A DNA stretch of 64,000 nt from positions 1-64,000 of the forward strand of contig JBBRLI010000009.1 in NCBI GenBank assembly GCA_038231455.1. The letters run 5' to 3'. Below, piece by piece: positions 56,492-64,000 of this stretch. Within the stretch, counting starts at the first letter, position 1; the number at the start of each line of letters is the position of its first letter. Made by a program: the position numbers and the translations under genes. This DNA is from Vulcanimicrobiales bacterium. Its GTDB lineage: Bacteria; Vulcanimicrobiota; Vulcanimicrobiia; Vulcanimicrobiales; Vulcanimicrobiaceae. The notes under the pieces are model-generated. The model did no database searches. It saw only the letters and a program-made list of their open reading frames with translations, and was not told where the DNA came from.

Positions 56492-58168
56492 TTGGATCGC
56501 TTTACCACTACCCTCAGCGGCTTGACAGAACAAATGCAGGCCCTCTGGGCAGCGCAGAACCGTACGAACCGAATCTTAGCAATCGGCCTTCTTGCCGTGC
56601 TTGTCGGGGTCGGCGGCTTCGTCGCGTTCAACGCGTTCCGGCCGCCGGATTATCAAGTGCTCTTTGCCAATCTTGCCGCGGACGACGCCTCGGGCGTGAT
56701 CGCGAAACTGAAAGACGCGAACATCCCGTATCGCACGACCAGCGGTGAATCGGGCTCCACGATTTCGATTCCCGCTGAGAAAGTCGCCGAGGAGCGCGTC
56801 GCGCTTGCGGGAGCCGGCGTGGTCAAAGGTGGCGGCACCGGCTATGAGCTGTTCGATCGTACGAACCTCGGCATGACGGACTTTCAAGAGAAGATTGCCA
56901 AGACGCGTGCGAACGAAGGCGAATTGCAGCGCACCATCGGTGGGCTAACCCAAGTTGAGTCGGCGCGCGTGCACATCGCATCACCGGAGAACTCGCTCTA
57001 CTCAACAACGCAGCAGCCGACGACCGCCTCCGTCTCAATTAAGATGAAGCCCGGCATGTCGCTGACCCCCGAAGAAGTTCGCGGGATCACGCAGCTCGTT
57101 TCCGGCGCCGTCGAGGGTCTGAAACCCGAAAACGTCACGATCGTCAACGCCGACGGCAATATTCTCACGCCGTCCGCTGCACCCGGCAGCGATGCACTTG
57201 CCTCCCAGGCAAGCGCCCTGAAAATGACGCAGGATCAGCTCGTCGCAAAACAGCGCTACGAGTCGAATCTGCAACAGAACATCCAAGGCTTACTCGATGC
57301 ATCGATCGGTTCGAAACGCTCCGCGGTTCGCGTGAGCACCGACATGAACTTCGATGCGAACCAGACCGAAACGAAGAGCTACTCGCCGCAAGGCACGGTC
57401 CGCTCGCAACAAAACGAACGCGAATCGTACAACGGCACGACGCCCCCGCGTGTTGCCGCGCAAGGCGTACCGGCGACCACCACCAATTCGGTTCCGACCT
57501 ATCAAGGCGTTACCGGCAATCAGCAAGTCGGCCGCTACAACAAATCGAAGAATACCGTCAACTACGAGATCACCGAAGAGAATCGCAAGCACATCGATGC
57601 GCCGGGTAAAGTGACCCGGACGAGCGTCGCGGTGCTCGTTGATGTGCCCACCGCAACGGCAACGCAAAACGGTCAGGCAACGTACACCGTCGCAGCAGCC
57701 GATGTCGCGAAGATCCGCAACGTCGTTGCTGCTGCCGCCGGCATCGATGCGACGCGCGGCGATCTCGTTTCCGTCGAAGCGATTCCCTTCGCTCCGCCGC
57801 CGAACGCCCTGGGCGGTCGCGGTACGACGACGACGATCTTCGGGATCCCGGTCCCTGGTCTGATTGCCGCAGCGCTCGTGCTGCTACTGGTCGGCGCCGG
57901 AGCCGGATTCCTTGCCTACCGTCGTCGCAGTGGTGGAACGTCGGCCTTCGAACCTTCGGCCGAGATGCCGTCGTTCGACTCGATGCTCACCGACGAACTG
58001 CCCTCCTTCGAAGAACACCCGATGCTCGACGGCGCGCCGTCGATCGCGGCACCCATTCGCTCTGCTGCCGACCTGACACGCGAGCAGATGATCGAATACG
58101 TCACCACCGTCGCTCAAGAAAATCCGGACAGCATCGCAAAATTGGTTAAACTCTGGTTAGCGGAGTAA
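56492..58168 (+). CDS. fliF: Flagellar M-ring protein FliF
   Basis: Two TM segments; LFANL, GYELFD, EGELQRTI, ARVHI, PTASV, VEGLKPENVTIV. Confidence 0.95.
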   Translation: MDRFTTTLSGLTEQMQALWAAQNRTNRILAIGLLAVLVGVGGFVAFNAFRPPDYQVLFANLAADDASGVIAKLKDANIPYRTTSGESGSTISIPAEKVAEERVALAGAGVVKGGGTGYELFDRTNLGMTDFQEKIAKTRANEGELQRTIGGLTQVESARVHIASPENSLYSTTQQPTTASVSIKMKPGMSLTPEEVRGITQLVSGAVEGLKPENVTIVNADGNILTPSAAPGSDALASQASALKMTQDQLVAKQRYESNLQQNIQGLLDASIGSKRSAVRVSTDMNFDANQTETKSYSPQGTVRSQQNERESYNGTTPPRVAAQGVPATTTNSVPTYQGVTGNQQVGRYNKSKNTVNYEITEENRKHIDAPGKVTRTSVAVLVDVPTATATQNGQATYTVAAADVAKIRNVVAAAAGIDATRGDLVSVEAIPFAPPPNALGGRGTTTTIFGIPVPGLIAAALVLLLVGAGAGFLAYRRRSGGTSAFEPSAEMPSFDSMLTDELPSFEEHPMLDGAPSIAAPIRSAADLTREQMIEYVTTVAQENPDSIAKLVKLWLAE

Positions 58169-58225
58169 GAGAGCGATGCAGCAGCAAGTAACAACGCACG
58201 ACGCGCTTTTCCTCGGGGTCACGCT

Positions 58226-59308
58226 TTGATTTCTGACGGTCCGATCGTTCAACTCGGCCAGGCCCAATCGAACTCGTACCGAGACGACGTGTTTTCCTCG
58301 CCCGCGCTCATCGAGATGGCAGGCCCGGAGAAGGCGGCGATTTTGATGATCACGCTGGGACTGGAAATCTCATCGACGATCTTCAAGTTCTTGCGGCAAG
58401 ACGAAGTCGAGCGTATCGTCCTCGAGATCGCGAAGATCTCGACGGTTCCGATCGAAAAGCGCGACGCGGTTATCACCGAGGCGTACCAACGCGCGATTGC
58501 TCTCAAGTACATTAACGAGGGCGGCATCGAGTATGCCAAGGAAATCTTAGAGCGTTCGTTTGGCGCCGGCCAAGCCGACGACATGACGAATCGGCTTTTC
58601 GCGGCGCTCAAACACGGCAATCCGCTCGAACTCGTCAAGAAGACCGAACCCGCGCAGTTGCTCGAGTTCATTCAAGACGAACACCCGCAGACGATCGCGC
58701 TCATCCTCGTGTACATGACCGCCGATCAAGCGGGCGCCGTCCTCTCCGCGCTCGAGCCCGAGTTGCAGTCCGAAGTCGCGATGCGCATTGCAATCTTGCA
58801 AAAGACCGCACCGGAGATTCTCGAACAGCTGGACGAACTGCTCGGACGTCGTCTCCTCGTCACCGGGTCGGATTTTACCAAGGCCGGCGGCGTCCAGTCG
58901 CTCGCGCAGGTCATGGGATTCGTCGACCGCGAGACCGAGCGCAACATCCTCGACGGACTCGCCAAACGCGATCCGGTCATCGCAAACGAAGTCAAGAACC
59001 TGCTCTTCGTGTTCGAAGATATCATCAATCTCGACGACCGCGCGATCCAGCGCGTGCTCAAAGAGATCGAGGGCAAAGATCTCGCGCTCGCGCTCAAAAC
59101 GGCGAACGACGATCTGCTCGCCCGCGTCTTCAAAAATATGTCGCAGCGCGCCGCCGGAACACTTAAAGAAGAAATCGAGATTCTCGGACCGACTCGCATG
59201 CGGGATGTCGGCAAATCGCAGCAAGCGATCGTCGATGTTATCCGTACGCTCGAAGAGAACGGCCAAATCGTCATCGCGCGCGGCGGCAAAGACGAGCGTT
59301 TAGTTTAA
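58226..59308 (+). CDS. fliG: Flagellar motor switch protein FliG
   Basis: KAAIL, GGIEYAKEIL, EHPQTIALIL, FVFEDI, NMSQRA. Start may instead be 58316. Confidence 0.95.
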   Translation: MISDGPIVQLGQAQSNSYRDDVFSSPALIEMAGPEKAAILMITLGLEISSTIFKFLRQDEVERIVLEIAKISTVPIEKRDAVITEAYQRAIALKYINEGGIEYAKEILERSFGAGQADDMTNRLFAALKHGNPLELVKKTEPAQLLEFIQDEHPQTIALILVYMTADQAGAVLSALEPELQSEVAMRIAILQKTAPEILEQLDELLGRRLLVTGSDFTKAGGVQSLAQVMGFVDRETERNILDGLAKRDPVIANEVKNLLFVFEDIINLDDRAIQRVLKEIEGKDLALALKTANDDLLARVFKNMSQRAAGTLKEEIEILGPTRMRDVGKSQQAIVDVIRTLEENGQIVIARGGKDERLV

Positions 59309-59309
59309 C

Positions 59310-60170
59310 ATGGGTCGAGTCGTCAAGGGCTCGCATACCTCGAGCGAGCGCTACACCGTTGGTATTCCGGAAATCGTATCGTCGAGCAACGGACATGTCG
59401 ACGACTTCGGGTCGATTGAAATCGACGATGTCGGCGATACGCTCGAATCATTTAACGCCGCTCCTCCCCCGGCCCAGCCGACGATCGACACGGAGGCCGT
59501 CCGCTCTGCAGCTGATGCGCTCATCGACGATGCGACGAAGCGCGCGGAGGGGTTGCTCGGCGATGCTCGCGATCGCGCACGGAAACTCGTTGAAGATTCC
59601 GCGACACGCGCAGCCGCGCTGATCGAACAGGCGCGGGCCGACGGCCGCAAAGACGGCTATCAAGTCGGCGCCGATGCGGCGAATCACGAGATGAGCGAGA
59701 TGCTCGAGACGATGCGCGGTCTCGTCGAGATGGCGGGCGTCGAACGTTACAAGATCATCAGCGCCGCCGAGCCCGAGATCGTGCGCCTGGCGATGGGAAT
59801 TGCGGAGCGCGTGCTGCACCAGCAGATTGCTCTGGACCGCGGCGTCGTCGTCGAGATGGCGAAGGCGGCGATCGCGCGTTTGGTCGATCGCGAATCGATC
59901 ACCGTGCGCGTGAATCCCGCCGACCTCGAAGGCATGCGCGGACATCGCGATGACGTCTTGGCGCTGGGCGACGTGAAGAGCATGCGCATCATCGAAGATC
60001 AGCGCGTCGACCGCGGCGGCGTCGTCGTCGAAACCGAAGCGGGCACGATCGATGCGAAGATTCAAACGCAGATTATTGAAGCAAAGCGCGTCCTGCACAT
60101 CGAGGACGACGTCGTGCTCACACCGGTCGATGAACCCGGACTCTACGGCAGCGCCGCGCGCGCGAGCTGA
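59310..60170 (+). CDS. fliH: Flagellar assembly protein FliH
   Basis: AxxxG-type repeats, VRVNPADL, RGGVVVETEAGTIDA; between fliG and fliI. Confidence 0.9.
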   Translation: MGRVVKGSHTSSERYTVGIPEIVSSSNGHVDDFGSIEIDDVGDTLESFNAAPPPAQPTIDTEAVRSAADALIDDATKRAEGLLGDARDRARKLVEDSATRAAALIEQARADGRKDGYQVGADAANHEMSEMLETMRGLVEMAGVERYKIISAAEPEIVRLAMGIAERVLHQQIALDRGVVVEMAKAAIARLVDRESITVRVNPADLEGMRGHRDDVLALGDVKSMRIIEDQRVDRGGVVVETEAGTIDAKIQTQIIEAKRVLHIEDDVVLTPVDEPGLYGSAARAS

Positions 60171-60172
60171 TC

Positions 60173-61510
60173 GTGGCCGAACTGCTCGAAATCACCCCGC
60201 AAAAACCGTTTTCGGCAGAGTCCTATCTCGCCGAACTCAAGACGGTCGACCTTATCCGGCAAAACGGAAAGGTACGCCAAGTCATCGGCGTTGTGATCGA
60301 GTCGCTCGGTCCGAATATGTCGATCGGCGAGACGTGTTCGATCCTCTATCGCCGCAACACCGATCCGGTGCTGGCCGAAGTGGTCGGCTTCCGCGATAAC
60401 AAAGTGCTGATGATGCCGCTTGGAGATCTCGGCGGCATCGGCGCGGGCAGTGAAGTCGTCGCGCTCGGCAAGCCGCTCGAGATCGGTCTTTCCAACGGTC
60501 TGCTCGGACGCGTGCTCGACGGCATCGGCCGTCCGATTGACGGCCTCGGTCCGATCTTACAAGCCGAACGCGCCGAAGTCTCCGGCTCGCCGCCAAGCCC
60601 CCTCACCCGCCGCCGGATCACCGAACCGCTCAGCATGGGCGTGCGCGCGATCGATGGCTTGCTCTCGTGCGGCAAAGGTCAGCGCGTCGGCATTTTCTCC
60701 GGATCCGGTGTCGGCAAATCGACCGTGCTCGGCATGATCGCACGCAATACATCGGCCGATGTGAACGTGATTGCGCTCGTCGGCGAACGCGGCAAAGAAG
60801 TGCGCGACTTTATCGAACGCGATCTTGGTCCCGAGGGTCTGCGTCGTTCGGTCGTCGTCGTTGCGACAAGCGATCAGCCCGCACTCGTGCGCATCAAGGC
60901 CGCGTTTGTTGCGACGCGTATTGCCGAGTTTTTCCGAGAACAAGGCCTCGATGTCATGTTCATGATGGACAGCGTCACGCGCTTTGCGATGGCACAGCGC
61001 GAAGTTGGCCTTGCGATCGGCGAACCGACGACGACGCGCGGGTACACGCCTTCGGTCTTTGCGCTCCTGCCGAAACTCCTCGAACGCGCCGGCACCTCGG
61101 CAAATGGGACGATTACGGCACTCTATACCGTCCTCGTCGACGGCGACGATCTCAACGAGCCGGTTGCCGATGCCGTGCGATCGATTCTCGACGGCCATAT
61201 CGTGCTCTCGCGAGCGCTCGCCGCGGCGAACCAGTATCCCGCAATCGACGTGCTCGCGAGCGTCAGCCGCGTGATGCCGGACGTCGTGACCGACGCCCAT
61301 CTCAAATCCGCCTCGAACGTGCGCGATCTGATGGCGACCTATAAAGAAGCAGAAGACTTGGTCAACATCGGCGCATATGTCGCGGGCTCGAATCCCAAAG
61401 TCGATCTTGCAATCGGCCGCATCGATGCGATCCGGAGCTATTTGCGTCAAGGTATCTTCGAGCAATCGAGCTTCGATGATGCCGTCGCCGCACTTGCGAA
61501 GATCGGTTAA
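60173..61510 (+). CDS. fliI: Flagellar export ATPase FliI
   Basis: GSGVGKST, GERGKEV, MDSVTRFAMAQRE, LDGHIVLSR, YPAID. Confidence 0.96.
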   Translation: MAELLEITPQKPFSAESYLAELKTVDLIRQNGKVRQVIGVVIESLGPNMSIGETCSILYRRNTDPVLAEVVGFRDNKVLMMPLGDLGGIGAGSEVVALGKPLEIGLSNGLLGRVLDGIGRPIDGLGPILQAERAEVSGSPPSPLTRRRITEPLSMGVRAIDGLLSCGKGQRVGIFSGSGVGKSTVLGMIARNTSADVNVIALVGERGKEVRDFIERDLGPEGLRRSVVVVATSDQPALVRIKAAFVATRIAEFFREQGLDVMFMMDSVTRFAMAQREVGLAIGEPTTTRGYTPSVFALLPKLLERAGTSANGTITALYTVLVDGDDLNEPVADAVRSILDGHIVLSRALAAANQYPAIDVLASVSRVMPDVVTDAHLKSASNVRDLMATYKEAEDLVNIGAYVAGSNPKVDLAIGRIDAIRSYLRQGIFEQSSFDDAVAALAKIG

Positions 61511-61971
61511 TGAAACGCTTCCGCTTCGGTCTCGAACCGGTCCTCGACATGCGCACGCGCAACGCACAAGAACGCCAGCGCGTCTATGCCGAAGCACAGC
61601 GCGCCCACGCCCTGGCCGAAGCGCGTCTGCGAGCGCTCCAAGACGAATACGAAACGCTGCGCATGGATCTGGTCGAACATCACGGCACGCTCGACGTGGA
61701 AACGATGCGCACCACGTACGCGCATTTGGAATTTCTCGTTCGCGCGCAGCACGATCAGCGCGAGCGGATCGCCGCGTGCGCCGACGAGTGCCTCGCCGCC
61801 CAAAAATTACTGCTGCACGCATCGAAAGAAAAGAAAGTCATCGAAACGTTGAAAACCCGTCGGCGCGCCACGTACGACGCGGAACTTGCGCTCGTCGAAC
61901 AGCGTGAACTCGATGACGCCAACGCCCGCGCCTTCGGGCGCGTGAACCTGCAGCGAGGAGAATCCGCATGA
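61510..61971 (+). CDS. fliJ: Flagellar export protein FliJ
   Basis: MKRFRFGLEPVL, coiled coil, EQRELDD; directly after fliI. Confidence 0.88.
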   Translation: MKRFRFGLEPVLDMRTRNAQERQRVYAEAQRAHALAEARLRALQDEYETLRMDLVEHHGTLDVETMRTTYAHLEFLVRAQHDQRERIAACADECLAAQKLLLHASKEKKVIETLKTRRRATYDAELALVEQRELDDANARAFGRVNLQRGESA

Positions 61972-62594
61972 TCGTCACCCGTCGTCGCGAGCGAAAAGTC
62001 AATCTGCGGCCGCTCTTGTTGCCCATCATCGCGCTCCTCGCACTCGCCGGTGCGCTTGTCTGGCCGCCGTCGCATAAAGTCATCGTCGATGGCCCTCTTG
62101 CGCCGCTCTGGAGCAACATCGCGCAAATGGGCCGGCCGTTTAGCTTTGCCTACCAGAATCAAGTCATCGCCGACCGCAACCGGGAGATCAAGAGCCTCAA
62201 CGATCGTCTCGAGGGCCAGCGCAAAACGGTGGCGGAGCGCGACACGAAGATCGGCGCACTACAAGACACCTTGAAGCGACTCCAAAATGCCCCGCCGCCC
62301 GCGACTCCCGCGCCGTCAATTGCAAAAGCGGTCCCCGCAGGCGGAGCAGCGACCACCTCGACACTCGGCGGAGCTTCGGGCCAAACCGTGCCGCGGCCCG
62401 ACGACATCAGCCGCGTTGCTTCCTATTGGGGCGGAATGGAAGCCGACAAAGCCGCCGCAATCGTCCAGCGCCTCCCCGAAGACTATGTCGTGCGGATTTT
62501 CAGCAAAATGTCGCCCGACCAGGTCGGCGAGATCCTCGCAGCGCTTCCGGCAGCCGTCGCCGCCCGCCTCACCGCCGAACGCCAACTAAAATAA
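61968..62594 (+). CDS. YlxF/MotE-like flagellar protein (MgtE N-terminal-like domain)
   Basis: TM segment, coiled coil, then MEADKAAAIV...KMSPDQVGEILAAL; position after fliJ. Confidence 0.75.
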   Translation: MIVTRRRERKVNLRPLLLPIIALLALAGALVWPPSHKVIVDGPLAPLWSNIAQMGRPFSFAYQNQVIADRNREIKSLNDRLEGQRKTVAERDTKIGALQDTLKRLQNAPPPATPAPSIAKAVPAGGAATTSTLGGASGQTVPRPDDISRVASYWGGMEADKAAAIVQRLPEDYVVRIFSKMSPDQVGEILAALPAAVAARLTAERQLK

Positions 62595-62641
62595 CGGCCG
62601 AATTGTCGTCGCTCGTCACTTGCTTGCCGCGGCCATCCGAC

Positions 62642-62669
62642 TAAGGTCTGGGGCCTTCAATGCCGAACA
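62642..62669 (+). promoter_or_regulatory. Sigma-28-type promoter upstream of the FliK-like gene
   Basis: TAAG-N16-GCCGAACA, same architecture as the fliF promoter. Confidence 0.62.
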
Positions 62670-62747
62670 ACCAGTTAGGCACATCGCACGATGGCCTTGT
62701 TTTGGCATCTTGCTTGTCCCTGATCCCAACACGAGAGGAGGTGAAAA

Positions 62748-64000
62748 ATGCAGTTAGTACCCCAACTTTTCTCGACCAGTGAGCCCCTTTTTAAGGGCCT
62801 CCAGACCCCAGCACCCCTCGTAAAAGCACCGATTCCCGGCCTCTTCCAAGCCCAACTGAATTCGAGCATCGCGAATCTCGCGCCGATCGTCTCCCAGTTG
62901 TTCGCGGGAAAGACCGCGGCCCTCGGGACGACCCAGCCGACCACCCCAACTCCGAGCGATCCGCTCGAAGCGAGGCTGGCCGCGCAGATCGCCGCGCGTT
63001 TGCAGAACGGTGAATCGCTCGAAGATATCGTCGCCTCGCTCTCAAAATCGCTTGCAACTTCGGTCGCAAACGGTCAGGGCGGAGCAGCCGATGCGCTCGG
63101 GCAACTCCAGAAGGTCTTCGCCGCAGCGCTGAGCCCACCGGGCAAAGCACCGCCAAGTGCGGACGCGAATGGAGCGCTAGCACTCGCTCACCGATTCCGG
63201 CAACTTGCCGAAATCGCCGCGACGATAGCACCACAAACGGGGCAGCCGAATCGATTCCTAGGACCAGACTTGGACGCGAAAGCGAAAGTCGACCTAGCCC
63301 CGGCAGAAACGAATCAACCGAGTGAGGCGCAAGCGCCTGGCTCTCTTGCCGTTTCCGTCGATTCGATCGTGAATGCCGCCGCCATTGCCCTCGGGGCAAT
63401 CCCCACTCCGACCGTGCCTCTCGTGACTCCGCCGACCACCTCGAACGGACCGTCCGCTTCGGCAGACGCCGCTCCGGTTGGAGCGCAAGTCGCATCGCGC
63501 GTACCGACAAAACCGCTCATCAGCGCACCTGTGCCTGGCGACGGCAAAAGCGGTGCAGCTTCCGCGGCAACCAGTCAACTCACGTCGGCCCCCGCGCCGA
63601 TCGTGAACCTCGAATCGCTCGCAGCTCCGCTCGCGGCGCTGTTTGCAAACGACGGTCGTACCGTCGCGAGCGGCGATCGAAAAATCGGCACGAACGGCGA
63701 TACGTCGCTCGGCCGTATCCTCACGCGTGCAATCAACGTCGCGCCGTCTATCAATTCCGCATCCGCGGAAGCGTCGACGACCGGCGGTGGCAACGCGCAA
63801 AGCGGGCTTCAATCGTTCCTCTCAGCGTTCGCTACGGCAGTTGCCAAAGCCGACGATACGACCGCGAACGGTTTGCCGACCGCCATCAGCCCCGCAACCG
63901 ACTTCCTCGCAACGCTCGATGCAGCCAATGCCGCGAGTGCCGCGACGAGTCAGCCGGTCGCAACGCCTCCGAGCATCGGCATCGGAAACTCGAACGGCCC
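62748..64000 (+). CDS. Probable flagellar hook-length control protein FliK (partial, runs off window end)
   Basis: Not in the ORF track. RBS GAGGAGG, ATG at 62748, open Ala/Pro/Ser/Thr-rich frame (MQLVPQLFSTSEPLFKG...). Identity rests on position after fliJ-ylxF. Confidence 0.6.
   Translation, partial: MQLVPQLFSTSEPLFKGLQTPAPLVKAPIPGLFQAQLNSSIANLAPIVSQLFAGKTAALGTTQPTTPTPSDPLEARLAAQIAARLQNGESLEDIVASLSKSLATSVANGQGGAADALGQLQKVFAAALSPPGKAPPSADANGALALAHRFRQLAEIAATIAPQTGQPNRFLGPDLDAKAKVDLAPAETNQPSEAQAPGSLAVSVDSIVNAAAIALGAIPTPTVPLVTPPTTSNGPSASADAAPVGAQVASRVPTKPLISAPVPGDGKSGAASAATSQLTSAPAPIVNLESLAAPLAALFANDGRTVASGDRKIGTNGDTSLGRILTRAINVAPSINSASAEASTTGGGNAQSGLQSFLSAFATAVAKADDTTANGLPTAISPATDFLATLDAANAASAATSQPVATPPSIGIGNSNG

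Noticed and set aside
58176-58229. Short ORF MQQQVTTHDALFLGVTL between fliF and fliG
   Set aside because: 17 codons, weak RBS, no supporting motif; cannot be distinguished from chance.
62692-62716. Sigma-54-like GG-N10-GC patterns upstream of the FliK-like gene
   Set aside because: Both candidate alignments mismatch the TGGCAC-N5-TTGC consensus; the sigma-28-type site explains the region better.

Overview
GC-rich bacterial chromosomal window made mostly of core and housekeeping genes. The gene content suggests a flagellated Terrabacteria-type soil organism, possibly Eremiobacterota/WPS-2 (inference only). Left part: partial tsaD, a Nei-type glycosylase, MarC, an MFS transporter, a GH114-like lipoprotein, thrS, four tRNAs (Val-GAC, Val-CAC, Asp-GTC, Phe-GAA), a tightly coupled hypothetical/phosphoesterase/flavin reductase/TPR/VOC run, topoisomerase IB and a two-gene ABC module. 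Middle: several peptidases (two S9, M24, M16), PadR, a BNR/VPS10 protein, a Met-rich secreted protein, FecR, a divergent galactokinase, xth, a signalling trio (GGDEF-EAL, NarX-like kinase, MHYT-PP2C-HATPase) and hppA. Right part: cheR-cheB-fliA with a FliK-like/FlhB-C pair, then ftsY-recA-recX-(unlisted nuclease-like ORF)-hpt, GH125, purA, and the start of a fliF-G-H-I-J-ylxF-fliK block. I found no CRISPR array, rRNA, transposase or integrase. Items missing from the ORF track that deserve follow-up: (i) a 109-codon PD-(D/E)XK-like ORF between recX and hpt with no canonical start codon and an ACG behind a good RBS; (ii) a perfect Gram-positive-type LexA box upstream of ftsY-recA-recX; (iii) two matching sigma-28-type promoters; (iv) a 51-aa double-CxxC microprotein; (v) an amber-interrupted GyrI-like gene; (vi) a frameshifted SDR remnant beside tRNA-Phe; (vii) a likely leaderless padR promoter with a palindrome in its spacer.
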